From Neophaeotheca triangularis (Eukaryota): a DNA stretch of 47,058 bases. The number at the start of each line of letters is the position of its first letter. Positions within the stretch are counted from its first letter, which is position 1. Where the stretch lies: positions 434,001 to 481,058 of the forward strand of contig BAAIJX010000015.1 in assembly GCA_054600435.1 (NCBI GenBank). The letters are read 5' to 3'. The translations under genes were made by a program, and so were the position numbers. Below, one piece after another: positions 31,184-44,051 of this stretch. Below the pieces are notes generated by a model, which saw only the letters and a list, made by a program, of their open reading frames with translations, made no database searches and had not been told where the DNA came from.

Positions 31184-32595
31184 ATGGCCTCTACAGCACT
31201 CGATGGAAAGGCAAAAGAGCTCGTCACAAAGTCCTACCCGCAGGCTCAGGAAGAGAGCGGTGATGCTGTGAAGCTCTCGCACGCTGTCTTCCCTAAGGTG
31301 GAGGTGAGCCAAACCATAGCGACAATATCAAAGCAAATGCTCGGGGCTAACAATGATCCCAGTACTCGACCGCAGAAAAGACGGAAATCGAGCAATGGAT
31401 CATCACTTCCTCCCACATCGCTTCGCCCTCCGAGGATGGTGCAAAGACCGCCGAACGCCTCTCCTCCCTCAACACCCACCTGTCCACCCGCACTATGCTG
31501 TTAGGCAACAAGCCTTCAGTCGCAGACATTGCCATGTTCTCGCGCCTCGCGCCCGTCGTCAAAGACTGGACCCCTGAGCAACGAACCGGCGAGCAAGGTT
31601 GCCATCACATCGTCCGGCACCTCGACTTCGTCCAGAACTCCCCAATGTTCGGCCTCAAGCTCTCCTCCGACGAGAAGGTCGCCATTGACCCCTCTCAAGT
31701 CGTCTCCCCAATCAAACCTATTGATGCCAAAGCCGAGAAGGAGCGCAAGAAGAAAGAGAAGGCTCTGGCCGCAGCGGGCGCAGACACAGCAGCAGCATCA
31801 GGAGGCGCCGTCAGCTCCGCAGCCAGCAAGGACACGCAAGAAGCCGAGCAGAACAAGCCCGCAACCGAAAAGGCCAAAGAACTGGGCGAAAAAGTCGCCG
31901 GCGCCGTCGGCGCAGAAACCCCAGGCGTGAGCAAGAAGAAGGAGAAGCAACCCAAGCAGCCCAAACCCCAAAAGAACGCCCCAGCCGCGGACAAACCCCT
32001 TTCCCCCGCCCTCATCGACCTGCGCGTCGGCCACATCCTCAAAGCCGTCCAGCACCCCAACGCCGACAGCTTATACGTCAGCACCATCGCCTGCGGCGAC
32101 GCCCCCGGCACCGACAACACTTCCGAGTACGAGGGCAAGATTGTGCGAACCGTCTGCTCCGGCTTGAACGGGCTGATCCCGCTGGAGCAAATGCAGAACC
32201 GCAAAATCGTCGCCGTCTGCAACCTCAAACCCGTGACCATGCGCGGCATCAAATCCTGCGCCATGGTCCTGGCCGCCTCGCCTCGCCCCGTCCCCGGCGA
32301 AGAAGACAAGCACGCCGGACCAGTCGAGTTGGTGAACCCGCCTGCCGATGCCGAAGCGGGCGAGAGAGTCTTTTTTGAGGGCTGGGAGGGCGAGCCGGAG
32401 GGTGTTCTTAACCCGAAGAAGAAGGTCTGGGAGGATTGCCAGCCGGGTTTCACCACCACGGGGGCTAAGGAGGTGGCTTTTGAGCCGCTGGCTGTGGAGA
32501 AGTTGAAGGAGGGGGAGAAGAAGGAGGTGGCCAAGTTGAGGACGAAGCAGGGTGTTTGTACTGTTAGTACGCTTGAGGGCGCTACTGTGAGGTAG
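31184..32595 (+). CDS. ARC1: tRNA-aminoacylation cofactor (GST-like N-domain + EMAPII-like OB fold), about 450 aa; exons 31184-31303, 31363-32595
   Basis: Intron 31304-31362 (GTGAGC..GCTAAC..CAG); EIEQW..LNTHL..RTMLLG..PSVAD; IDLRVGHILKA..HPNADSLYVS, RTVCSGL, VCNLKPVTMRGIKS.AMVL, LNPKKKVWE. Confidence 0.93.
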
Positions 32596-32996
32596 AATGC
32601 TTGATTTAGTGTGAGGGATGTGAGCTCGATGTGGCAGTGGATGATTTCTAGACGAATGTATGCGAAGACAATAGAACTTCAGGCTTGTGGTTCCTACCAT
32701 GTATCTTTCCGTCCGACCGTCGCGATATGTTCCTGTCGAGCCAACGTCTGCCTTCGGCAATCCCTGCTGGCCAAACCAAGTCGAGATAAGCAAATACAGA
32801 AGCAGGCGTTTCCCGCAAGCAGAAGTCGCCAAACCAATACTAAGCCACTATTGTAAAGCCTCTATATTCTCAAGCAAATGCTAACACGATACCACTTTCA
32901 ATCATGAGCAAAAATACCTCCCACAAGCTCGAGCAGACACCCCTACCACACTAGCAACTATCACCGCCACAGCCATTAACAACTCTGTCCTATTTC

Positions 32997-35114
32997 TCAC
33001 ACCGCCTTCCACGGCGACCGAAACCCCGAACCAGATCCCCTCCTAACACTCTGGCTCAAAGTCCCAAACTCCTTACTAACCCTCCTGGTCAGACTCTTCA
33101 AATCGCCCGCCTCGGCAAACCCGCGACAGCTAGAAGTATAAACGACATCCTCGGTCTTACTCAGCGAGTACAACTGACCAGAACCTGTAAAATTGGCCGA
33201 GCCATCGACGCCAGAGTCGTCCGGCAGGGTGTGTAGCTCATACTCGAGGTCGAGGAAGGTGGACTGGCGGCGGACTTTCTTGTTAGTCCCGGGGCGCGGT
33301 GTTGATTCGCCGTCGGGGCTCGTGAGCTCGTCTTGGGCGGTTGTGAAGTAGCGGCTTGAGGCTGCTTGGGTGAGAGTGTTGCGACGTGTGTTGGAGCCTG
33401 TGTCTTCGGGTCTTGTTGTCGCTCTTGATATTGGGTGAAAGCTTGACTTTAGGATCGAACGAGGGCGGGCTGAACTGACGATTCGTGGAGGTGATGCTGG
33501 TGGACCGTCGTCAAGCATGTCCTCTCCGGTGATCTGGCTTTGGAGGCTGGAGAATCGAGATGGTGCTCGAGGGTAGCAACTTGAATCTTCGATCTCGATG
33601 ACACTGTCTTCAATATCGGTCGGTTTTCGCTTGCGGCAACTTCGTTGCGAAATCCAAGGGATTCGCGGCTTGCGGACGTCGCAATACACGCCTATCGACT
33701 CTGGGATAGTAGATGGTAGTTGGGGCGATGATCCAGAACGTTCGCTGATGATGGTGCTCTGTCGGCTGAGTGCTGTGGCAGCTTCGGACCTTACTGATGG
33801 AGTTGGAAAGCTCCTCAGGTCTTCGTCTTCGTCCTCATCTTGCTCTTCCGTTGTATCCACGATCTCGTCGCCTTCCGTGCTCATGAGCTCTTCAAGTTCG
33901 TCCTCAGCTGCCTCTTCGTCGGCATCGGGAAGCGGTCTCGGAGGAGCTGAGATACTAGAGAGCTTGCTTGCGATGTCATCAAGCTCCAGACTGGTAGGGA
34001 AATATACTTGGCCCGTCGAGTGGTACGAATGCTGTATTGGCCGATGGCCGATGTTAATCATTGCACCAGGGTTACTGTCAACAATGATATTGTCATCGTC
34101 CAGGTGATCCAGCTTGACGTCCGAGGTGCCTGTAGGGTCGCCAAATTCCACAGATGGAAGCGGCCCTTTGCCCAGCTCCAGCGTAGAGAGGGCATAAGTA
34201 ACAGGCTCAACATATCCGCTGTGGCGCTTGCGTTTGCCCTTTCGGCGACCCTTCACAGCAGCCTCGGAGACCTCGAAACCATCACCAATCGCCCGCATGG
34301 CATTGGATGGCGCACGAGATATCTTCTTTCGCGCAATTTGCTTGAACTTTTGGGCGACGAACGGCTTTTGAATTCTCTTCCTGAACTCAAAGGACAATAC
34401 ATTTTGTTTGTCCGAGCAGGCTTCTTCACTATCACGGCGGGCAGAACTCGAGAAGCCCTCGATCGGGTCTTCACTCAGATAATCAAGCACTTCGCTCTCC
34501 ACTTCGCTCTCCACTTCGCCAGGCGGCTGGTCATCGGACGTGCCAGTTACCAGCAGCAGCTCATTGACTGGAAGATGCCTTGATAGAGCTAGTGCTCGCT
34601 TTCTCGACGCTTTAGCAACTTTCTGCTGGCGGGAAGGATTTGACTTGGCCACACGGCCCTCCGGTCCAGATTTCTGCCGCCGAGTCTTGGTAACCATGCA
34701 AGGTATGCGCTCTTTCTTCAGGCCTCGTGAGACAGTGCCTTTAGGTACGGCCTTCAGCTTCCCGGGGCGGGGAATGTCAGTCTTTGTCGTAGTTTCGCTC
34801 TCATGTTGACTAGACTCGTGGCCAGAGTCTTCCGCACCAGAAAGCAGCGAACTGTCGCTCTCTGAGTTGTGGTGCAAGGGTGTCTGAAAAGAAGGACCAA
34901 TTGCGTCGTCTAGGGATTTCGCAGCCGGCGCCTCGTCTTCCGGGATGTCGAAGATGGATGACAGTAGGAATTGGCTACCAGTCAGGGAGAGCGGCTTGGC
35001 TTGCTTGCCATACGTGACAATGGGTTTCTGACGCCTTGCAGTGGAGGCGTACGGTCCTTGGATCTTCGAAGAGGCTGTGCCCTGGACCGTGGAAGGGAGA
35101 AGGTTCTGGGACAT
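32997..35114 (-). CDS. Hypothetical low-complexity protein (about 705 aa), basic N-half with acidic central tract
   Basis: 2.1-kb open frame; first in-frame ATG at 35114 (true start or upstream exon uncertain); no domain recognised. Confidence 0.7.
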   Translation of the reverse strand: MSQNLLPSTVQGTASSKIQGPYASTARRQKPIVTYGKQAKPLSLTGSQFLLSSIFDIPEDEAPAAKSLDDAIGPSFQTPLHHNSESDSSLLSGAEDSGHESSQHESETTTKTDIPRPGKLKAVPKGTVSRGLKKERIPCMVTKTRRQKSGPEGRVAKSNPSRQQKVAKASRKRALALSRHLPVNELLLVTGTSDDQPPGEVESEVESEVLDYLSEDPIEGFSSSARRDSEEACSDKQNVLSFEFRKRIQKPFVAQKFKQIARKKISRAPSNAMRAIGDGFEVSEAAVKGRRKGKRKRHSGYVEPVTYALSTLELGKGPLPSVEFGDPTGTSDVKLDHLDDDNIIVDSNPGAMINIGHRPIQHSYHSTGQVYFPTSLELDDIASKLSSISAPPRPLPDADEEAAEDELEELMSTEGDEIVDTTEEQDEDEDEDLRSFPTPSVRSEAATALSRQSTIISERSGSSPQLPSTIPESIGVYCDVRKPRIPWISQRSCRKRKPTDIEDSVIEIEDSSCYPRAPSRFSSLQSQITGEDMLDDGPPASPPRIVSSARPRSILKSSFHPISRATTRPEDTGSNTRRNTLTQAASSRYFTTAQDELTSPDGESTPRPGTNKKVRRQSTFLDLEYELHTLPDDSGVDGSANFTGSGQLYSLSKTEDVVYTSSCRGFAEAGDLKSLTRRVSKEFGTLSQSVRRGSGSGFRSPWKAV

Positions 35115-35572
35115 GCTCTCGACTCTCTTTGCTGGAGGGCGTCCCAAAACTGCTCAATCGCGGCAGCTTGTGGCCCTGTTCATTGCAGTCAGCAGCATCG
35201 TGTAGGTGGAGGTATTGTGCATCCATTGTCAGAATCTGCGAAGAATTGGATGAATGATTGCTATCAAGCACACGTCGCTCTTGCTCGTTCTTGTTCTGGT
35301 TAGAATACTGCCTTAATCACGTCGCGTACACCAAATCACGTGTCCAAATTTCCACATAGAATTAAGGTAGGTATTCACTCCAACTTGGAAGGAAGGAGCA
35401 AGCTAACACCAACCTCAAGGATCCCGTCATATACGGAGAAGAAGATGACTGGGATATTGTACGTTTGGCGACCCTGCAAATTCCCCTTGTTCACGCCCCA
35501 TGGTATCTCGAAAACTGATTTGCAATGCATCCAACGCCCTAAATGCCGCTTGCCCGCCGAAAATCGCCCCCT

Positions 35573-36373
35573 TTACATACGTCGGATCTCTGTCTCTCCC
35601 ATGTACTTGTCGAGTCCATCGTTCAAGTGGTCCCACCACTCAAACATCATCGTATTGCAGATGAGCTTGAACCACGGGGTAAACTTCAACTTGTCATCCT
35701 TGAACATCTCCTTGAGCTCGTTCTCCCTGACGTATCGCGTCGCTTGCACCTCGTTAGGGTTGACGTCGAGATCAACATCGGCCTTGATGAATAGAATATA
35801 GTCAATCTCGTGCTCTCCCCACTTCCCATCGCTCGGCGCCTTGTAGTGTATCCTTGTCAGAAACTTGAAGTTCTCAATCGGCACCTGGCTCGCCTTGATC
35901 CCAAGCTCGTGGTTCAGCTTTCTTTGTGCCGCGCGCTTCACGCCGAGAATTGCTGTATCGAGGGTTGCGCCAGTCTCGCCGGGCACACCCAACGGATGCG
36001 AGCAGCACGTGTTGGTCCACATGTCCGGGAACGTGATTTTCTCCGAAGCCCTTTGCTGCAGCAGCAATTGATCGTCCTTGTCAAAAAGGAAGACGGAGAA
36101 TGCGCGGTGAAGCAGGCCTTTGTTGATATTCTCCATGAGATGGCAGACCTTCTTGCTTCCACTGCCGATTGGTACATCATTTTCGTCCAACACTATGCAA
36201 ACCTCGTCCATGAGGCGTATCTGCTCCTCATCATAGCCGCTGAGGTCGGAGTCTTGAGAGACGGAGTTTGTTTGAGTTTGCGTGGCCAGTTCAGTGTTGA
36301 TTTCTGGGAAAAGGCGTAGAATGGTTTGCGCATTCTCAGATTGCGGCTGTGTGACCGTGGTAGTGGTAGACAT
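35573..36373 (-). CDS. IDI1: Isopentenyl-diphosphate delta-isomerase (type 1)
   Basis: LLHRAFSVFLF, LLQQRA.EKITFPDMWTNTCCSHP, WGEHEIDYIL, FTPWFKLI. Confidence 0.98.
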   Translation of the reverse strand: MSTTTTVTQPQSENAQTILRLFPEINTELATQTQTNSVSQDSDLSGYDEEQIRLMDEVCIVLDENDVPIGSGSKKVCHLMENINKGLLHRAFSVFLFDKDDQLLLQQRASEKITFPDMWTNTCCSHPLGVPGETGATLDTAILGVKRAAQRKLNHELGIKASQVPIENFKFLTRIHYKAPSDGKWGEHEIDYILFIKADVDLDVNPNEVQATRYVRENELKEMFKDDKLKFTPWFKLICNTMMFEWWDHLNDGLDKYMGETEIRRM

Positions 36374-36571
36374 GATGCTGGTGGGTTCGTAGAGAGGGGG
36401 GACGAGGCGAGGGTGCGAGCGGGCTCTTTATGTTTCTGGCGAGAATGGTTCGACGTTCACAAGAAATCAGGAATAAAGGGAGCACAGCAACGCCCTGTAC
36501 CGTGCATAATAAGATGAGCGGGGAGTGTAAAGTATCGATCGCTTCGACTAAATGGTCTTCCGAACCACTTT

Positions 36572-36595
36572 ACGCGCTAGGCAAAATGAACGCGT
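36572..36595. promoter_or_regulatory. MCB-like elements upstream of MCM6
   Basis: ACGCGT at 36590-36595 and ACGCG at 36572-36576, about 180-200 nt upstream of the MCM6 ATG. MCB/MBF control of replication genes is established in ascomycetes. Confidence 0.55.
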
Positions 36596-36772
36596 CGGCC
36601 GTGACAAGTTGGCGCTTTGCCCCTCGAGCTCGTCTGAAGCCAAACAGAAAGTGACAGAGCCATAGCAACGACACTTGACTAATACGCCTTCACGACTGAA
36701 TAACACCTTTAAACGTACAGGCCCTCACGATCTTACGACGACGACGACGACGACCTGAACCCAACAACAGCC

Positions 36773-39700
36773 ATGTCTTCCATCGTCGACGCTATGATGC
36801 GTTCCGACAACGACGCTCAAGATGTACGAAGTGATGCCCCCTCACAACAGAGACGACAGGCCCGATCCTCGTCGCGGCCAAGAGGTCCGCCGTCAGTTAG
36901 CACACCAGGAATGCAAAGCGATGTTGGTTTTGCCGACGATGAGGTAGTGGGTGCGCGAGGCGTTCGGAGGCGGACACAAGGGGCTGGAGAAGTACAGCGA
37001 GTCGTCGATACCACAGGAGAGACACTTGCGATCCGCTTTCAAGAGTTCCTGGAGGAGTAAGTGGTCCAATACAACATACACCTCTAGAAACCTTGCGCTG
37101 ACATGGCACAGTTTTACAGAAGATCCTGCCTCCTCCGGTGCGCCAACATCCAGCGCCATCACCACCAACAAGTACTACATTGCTCAAGTTCACGGGCTCG
37201 CGCAGTTCAAGCTCTCCACCCTCTACATCGACTTTACACATCTCATGAGCTTCGGCGAAGGCGTACTGGCCGGAGCTATTCAGAGCGACTACTACCGATA
37301 CCAGCCATACATGCTTCGAGCACTGCACAATCTCATTATGAAGTACGAGCCACAGTACTTTAGAGAACACAGGCAGCCTGGATCTACCACGAATCGCACC
37401 GATACCTCAATGGCCAACAACAGCCTTAGCGAAGAGGATACCATCAACGACAAGACACCAAATCAGCAGACCGACAAGATTTTCGCATTGGCCTTTTACA
37501 ACTTGCCTCTTGTCTCGAGAGTGCGGCAATTGCGGACGGAACATATCGGTCATTTGGCCTCAATCTCTGGGACAGTCACCAGGACATCAGAAGTACGGCC
37601 TGAGCTCTACCTTGCGACTTTTATCTGCGAAGGCTGCAATACTGTCATCCCAGATGTTGAGCAAACATTCCGCTATTCTGAACCAACTCAATGTCCAAAT
37701 GCAACATGCATGAACAGGCAAGGCTGGCGACTCGACATTCGTCAGAGCACGTTCGTCGACTGGCAGAAGGTTCGCATTCAGGAGAACAGTTCGGAGATCC
37801 CGACAGGAAGCATGCCGCGCACAATGGATGTAATTCTACGTGGAGAAATGGTGGACCGGGCCAAGGCGGGCGAGAAATGTATCTTCACGGGGACGCTTAT
37901 CGTGGTGCCGGATGTGAGCCAGTTTAGAGTCCCGGGCGTTCGACCGCAAGCATACAGAGACTCTCAGAACCCGCGTCAAGGAGAAGCCGGTGGCAGCGGT
38001 GTTAGCGGTCTCAAGGCACTTGGTGTTCGCGACCTTACTTACCGTATGGCATTCCTCGCCAACATGGTCACTCCTGACACGACAACGCAAGGTCAAGCAG
38101 CGAACCAGCACCTCAAGGGCCAAGCGGGGAATATCCTGACTTCGCTGAATCAGACCATCGACCTGAACGAGACTACTGGCGACCAAGCGCAGCAGGATTA
38201 CCTGGACACTCTGAACCCAGCCGAAATCGAGGACCTGAGAAAGATGGTGCAGATGCCAAACATCTTCATGCGGCTTGTCGATTCGCTAGCTCCCATGGTA
38301 TATGGTCATACAGTAGTCAAGAAGGGTCTTCTCCTCCAGCTTCTGGGTGGCGTTAGCAAAGTCACACCAGAAGGCATGGGCCTGCGTGGCGACATCAACA
38401 TTTGCATTGTCGGTGATCCTTCAACGAGCAAGTCGCAGTTTCTCAAATACATCTGCTCCTTCCTGCCACGAGCAGTATACACCTCGGGCAAAGCATCTTC
38501 CGCGGCTGGTCTGACTGCGGCTGTCGTGAAGGACGAGGAAACTGGCGAATTCACAATCGAAGCCGGTGCGCTCATGCTGGCAGACAACGGCATCTGCGCC
38601 ATTGACGAATTCGACAAAATGGACATTACCGACCAAGTCGCCATCCACGAAGCAATGGAACAGCAAACCATCTCCATCGCCAAAGCCGGCATCCAAGCCA
38701 CCCTCAACGCCCGCACCAGCATCCTCGCCGCCGCCAACCCAGTAGGAGGCCGCTACAACCGCAAAACCACTCTACGCGCCAACATCAACATGAGCGCGCC
38801 CATCATGTCGCGTTTCGATCTCTTCTTCGTCGTGCTCGACGAATGTAACGAGCAGGTCGACGAGCACCTCGCCCGCCACATCGTCGACATTCACCGTCTG
38901 CGCGACGAGGCCGTCGAGCCCGAATTCAGCACCGAGCAGCTGCAGCGCTACATCCGCTTCGCGCGCCTCTTCCAGCCCGTCTTCACTGAGGAAGCCAAGC
39001 TCACGCTCGTCGAGCGCTACAAGGAACTCCGGTCCGATGACGCCCAGGGCGGTGTCGGACGCAACAGCTACCGCATCACCGTCCGCCAGCTCGAGTCTCT
39101 CATCCGTCTGAGCGAGGCCATCGCCAAAGCCACTTGCGTCGACCAAGTCACTCCGGAGTTTGTCGACGAGGCTTTCCGCCTCTTGCGCCAGAGCATCATC
39201 TCGGTCGAGAAGGACGATGTAGAATTTGAAGACGAAAACGACGCGGCCATGGCGGATGCAGGCGATGCCGACGGTGGCGCTGGAGACAACGACGCAGACA
39301 TGGACGACGGCAACGACATGGATGAAGATGACGCTGGCGCGGCGCCCACACCCGGTTCAGCGGCCCGCGGCGCTTCGCAGACACCGGCAGCGGCTGCCGT
39401 CGCCCGGCCGCGCACGAAGATCACGCACGCCGAGTACATGAAGATTCAGAACTTACTTCTGAGGAAAGTTCAACAAGAGGAGAACACGGCGAGCGATGGC
39501 GTGGGCGAGGAGGACTTGCTCGTCTGGTACCTAGAGCAGGTCGAGGAGTCGTTGCAGAGCCAGGAGGATTTGGAAAGCCAGCGGGGACTGGCTAGCAAGG
39601 TTTTGAAGAGGATGGTTAAGGTGAGTCTTCTTTCTTTTTATATCCTTTCAAGGTCACAGATTTCCTGTGTTGTTGGATGTGGACGTTTTGCTGACTTGGT

Positions 39701-39833
39701 TTGTGATTGATAGGATAATGTTCTCATGGGTGTCCGAGGGGAGGGGCTTGCGGATGAGGGCGGCGAGGGAAGTGGGCTCGAGGAGGGCGGCGAGATGGTT
39801 TACGTCGTTCATCCCAACTGTCCCGAGTTGTGA
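36773..39833 (+). CDS. MCM6: DNA replication licensing factor; exons 36773-37056, 37112-39620, 39714-39833
   Basis: GTVTRTSEVRPEL, Zn finger, GDPSTSKSQFL (Walker A), IDEFDKM, SRFDL, SYRITVRQLES, C-terminal YVVHPNC. Introns 37057-37111 and 39621-39713 have canonical signals and restore frame. Confidence 0.97.
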
Positions 39834-40600
39834 GCGTAGAACTCATGGCTGTGTGCCTCATGGTTGCTATGGCCCTTGACAAGGTGGACGTGGAGTCACG
39901 GCGAGAACGGTCAAGGAACTAAGTTTGGCGTTCGCGTTGGCTGGCATGGTCATGTTCTATAGCTGCGTTTTTTTTTTTTTTTGTGATACCAATGAGTGTA
40001 CCTACGTTTGATTGAAACACCTGACGTTCGTTGGTATTGGTATAGAGCTACGAGAAGATGGCTTTCGAAATCCCGCCGTGGAGGGGTTTGGTGCAAAAGG
40101 TTTCTGGTCAACCCCTTTTCTCCTCGGGCGCGCATGCGCTGCACCGGTCGGACTGCTATTAGCCAGGCGCGGTGCTTTGAGCCAGCTGACCCGTGATGTC
40201 CATGCGGATGAGTGCTGGACGACCAAGCCTGCTGTAGCGGTAACAGCAACCAGGCCGGGGATTCCGAGGTATGGGAGCAGTGGACTGGGCGAGCGCTGGA
40301 GAAGGATTTGCAGCGACGAAAAAAAAAAAAAAAGCTACAGTAGCTTTTTGGTCTTCCTACTATGCTAGAGAACGGCGGGCATTGGGAGAGCCGCCCAAGA
40401 GTCCAGGTCTTTGATCTCGCATGCAACGATGGCAGGGAGGCCTGAAGGTTTGTAAGTTGATCGGAATGGTGTTTCCGATAGGCTGCTAATTTACTGCTGT
40501 CCTCAATAGGCCAGATTATATGCCTCTTCAAGAAAACTTCTGCCCCGAAAGCTGGAGATGCAGCCGGCCGTATCCGGGAACACTAGCATCTGAGCACCAT

Positions 40601-43215
40601 TCAAACGTAAATCGTCTCCACGACCGTGACGATAGTCAAGAAAGTCGACAGCAGTGCTCCCGCAGTCGTCGTGGCCGGTGCATCAGTAGGCGCGGGCATC
40701 GTGCAATCGCCCCTTGCGGTATTCGAAGTGGTTTCGAGTACGCGAGACGTCGAGTGCGAGTCCATCGACCATGACTGCGGAAGCGATGCAGACTTGAGCG
40801 CGCTCTCTTCGTCTCTTGAACTCGTCGCCACACTGCTCTCGCTGGCCGGCTCTTCAATATCCTCACCCTCGACCGCCTGACCCGGTTGAGAAGGTCGGTT
40901 CGCCGCTTTGATGACATCTGCGGCCTATCCATCCCAACAGCATCAGCACTTCACTGCACTCAGAAGAGCCAAAAAGAACCCAAGCACACAACGTCCCAAC
41001 CCAAACGAAACAGAATAAAATAAAATAGAAGAACTCACCTTCTCAGCGACCGCATAAACCACGGCCTGCAAATGCGCAGCCGGCAGCAAAGCAAACACAC
41101 TGGCATCGACGACTCTCAAATTCCGCGTGCCGTAAACCCGCAAAGAAGCATCCACAACGCCCCCCAGCTCCAAAGCCATCATAGCACAAGTTCCGCCAGG
41201 ATGGTACTCGGTTTGCAAAAACCTGGCGATGTGTTCTTCGAGCTGCGCGTCCGTGGCGTCGGCCGGGGGAGACCGCGGCTGCGGTTCTAGAGCGCCGAGA
41301 GCGGCCGTCGAGAGGAGGCGGGTGTTGAATCGTAGGGCCGCGAGTAGGATTCGCGTGTCTAGTGGGTTTGAGCCGTAGCGGGGGTTTATTAGGGGTGGGG
41401 TGAAGGGGTTTGCGGATTCGAGGGTTAGTGTTCCGCGGGAGAAGGGTCGCATGGTTGCTATGGGGAGGGTGCCGTCGTTGGAGTTTAGGATTTCAAAGGC
41501 GGCGCGGGAGGGGGATGTTAGGGCGGTTGTTAGGAGAGGGTGTTGAGCTGAGTAGCCTGCTAGGACTGTTGGTGGAAGGTTGGGGGGTAGATAGGTGGTG
41601 AAGTTCTCTGTGAGGGCGGTTTGGAGGATGGAGTGGAAAGTGGTGTTGGAAGTTGTGGCTGCGAGGGAGGGGAAGGCCACCCCGTTGATCCAGCCGGTGG
41701 TCCAGGGGCCGGTACGGTTGAGCCAGTAGGTTTCTTGGGCGCGGTGGAGGAAAGTGGTGTTGGTGAGGAGTTGGGGCGGGGTGGCGAAGGGAGCGTTGTT
41801 GTAGGGGTAGCTGGACCAGACTTGCGCGTGGTCTTGTAGGTTGTGACCGACGCCGGGGAGGTCGATCAAGGTTTGGATATCTAGCTCGGAGAGTGCTGAG
41901 GCTGGTCCGATCCCTGAAAGCATTAGGAGCTGGGGACTGTGAATTGCGCCGGCAGAGACAATAACTTCCTTGGTTGCTGAGATTATCTGTCGGGAGCTGT
42001 GGGCATCCCTGGCGCATTGCACGCCTGTAACCGTGTGAAGACCGGTCTTGGATGGGATCGTTCTAGGGAGTAACCAACGTTTGAAGCGCCGCAAAGGTCT
42101 CGACAGTTTGCGTCGGATGCGTCTCAAAACTTGAAGGCTGTAATCGGTGGTATCTGGAGAGGAGCCCAGCCCATACATGCCATCCAATGCGCCAGAAGCA
42201 TGACCCTGTCCAGTAGAGGAACTGCCATCGAGCGGTTCTACCGTATCTTCGCTCATGGCCACACCATCGAAAATCAACTGCGTTACAAACTGCTCAGTCA
42301 AAACGGACAGATTCGGCCTGTCGGCTACCGGGTCAAAGTAAGCTCTTCTAGCATCTGACCGGGTCTGCGTGAGCGGGTTCAAATTATAGGGCAAAAAGCT
42401 AGCTCCAGCAACGTCCCCAGCATTCGGATCGTAAGCGGTAGGAACACCCAGCTCGTTCAAAGCGTCAAAGAAGTGGGCAGAGGCATTCCAGAAGTAGCGA
42501 GGGTAGCTGACGTTGACTTTCCCGCCATAACCATGGACGTCTGGGTTTTCGTGTATCGAATACTTTTGGGCGATTTTGCTGGACCGGACGGGTGTAAACC
42601 TCTCGCTCTGGAATAAGTCAGTACCAATCCTCTGCAACCAGTCTGCCTCAAAACATACCTTCTTGAAGTACGGCAACATATCGTCCCATCCCCACCCGGG
42701 ATTCCCAAGCTTCACCCAATCATCAAAATCCCCCCTCCCGCCCCGGTTCCAAAGCATACCATTGATGATAGTACCGCCTACACCTGTCTTAGCGCCCGCC
42801 ATGCCAAAAGCGTAGAAACCGACTCACCTCCCAGCGCCCTTCCTTGCGGAAACCGCCTCGCGACACCATCGAGGTGCTTCTGCGGCACTGTCGTGAAATT
42901 CCAGCCGTAGCTAGCCTCCATGTCTACGCCGATGAGACCCGGTATGGCCACTGCATGCTCCGAACGGTCTTGCTCTCCTGCTTCGAGGAGGAGGACGTTG
43001 ATGTCCGGGTTTTCAGTGAGGCGGTTGGCAATCGTGAGGCCTGCTGGGCCGCCGCCGACGACTGAGGTTGTTGTTAGTGGTGGTTGTAAGGACGAGATTG
43101 CCATGGCAAGGGATGGTGTACCGATGTAGTCGTAGCTGTTCAGTAGGGGCGCGTTGATTGGGAGTGCTTGAGCGGATTGTAGGCAAAGAAGCGCAAGAGC
43201 AAGGAGGTCAGACAT
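40601..43215 (-). CDS. Secreted GMC oxidoreductase (AA3_2-like); exons 43215-43122, 43061-42828, 42777-42659, 42607-41039, 40924-40601
   Basis: Signal peptide; YDYIVVGGGPAG, LLEAG, ALGGGTIINGM, SAGAIHSPQLLMLSGIG, GHNLQDH, EYHPGGTC, NLRVVDAS, AHLQA..YAVAEKAAD. Four GT-AG introns; S/T-rich C-terminal exon. Confidence 0.92.
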
Positions 43216-43920
43216 TATGGTAAGTGACTGTGTGTAAGGAAAATGCTGGGAAAGGGTAGTGGTTTAGTATGCCAGAGCGTTATGTCCAACTCGGTCGTAT
43301 GCAGTATGGTCCGTGTATGAGAAGTTCGCAACCAAATACCATCAGGAACTGGAAGATGTCGGGTGCTGGACATGACTGCCATGGGGCTGAAGTGGGCTGT
43401 GGATGTGAAGGTGCCGTCGAGGGTGCCTGCACCCGGCATCTCAGGTTACCGCGCGCTCTCCATGCCGTCTTTCCACCTGCGATGACCTTTTCAGTCTGCA
43501 GTATACGGAAAGTCGCTTGCTCTTGAAAACCTCTGGACAGCATCCAGACCGCGAGATAATTTTTTTTTAGTCCCAAACCACTTCTCTTCAAATTTAAAAA
43601 GGGGTTCTAGAAATATCCCTATAATACTTTGGCTTCTCGGCAATCAATGAGGTTGAAACAGCGAGACTCATCCTACGTCGATTGCCTGGATAGCGTCTCG
43701 GGCCTGCTGCCCTATACCAGTAGTGGGCTGAGTAGAGTGCTCTCAAAGATGTCGAGGGCCTTTGTGAATCTACGACTGACTGCTCGAGGCCCCCTTGCAT
43801 GCTTTCCGATGAAGCAGCGTTCGGCCACGCGGAGATTTCGATAGTGACCCTGAGTTCTCAAGGGGAGCTTCGAATTGTCTACCCCATGATGAAGAGCAGA
43901 GCAACAGCAGCAAAAGCTCT

Positions 43921-43980
43921 CAACATCGACGTTCCCAACACCGACGCTCCCAACACCGACGCTCCCAACACCGACGCTCA
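43921..43980 (+). repeat. 15-bp tandem repeat x4
   Basis: CAACAYCGACGYTCC units. Confidence 0.9.
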
Positions 43981-44051
43981 ACATAAAAATAAAAACGTAA
44001 CGACACACAGAGAAAACAGGAGAAAACCCCAATCTCTTCCCTCCACGGCCC

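Noticed and set aside
40040..40340. GC-rich segment with hairpin potential and a GCTGTAGCGG motif, considered as SRP RNA or another ncRNA
   Set aside because: Could not find SRP helix 6/8 motifs or a properly placed Pol III terminator.
43921..43980. Short direct repeats here and at 29914 considered as CRISPR-like arrays
   Set aside because: Head-to-tail repeats without spacers in a eukaryotic genome; ordinary minisatellites.
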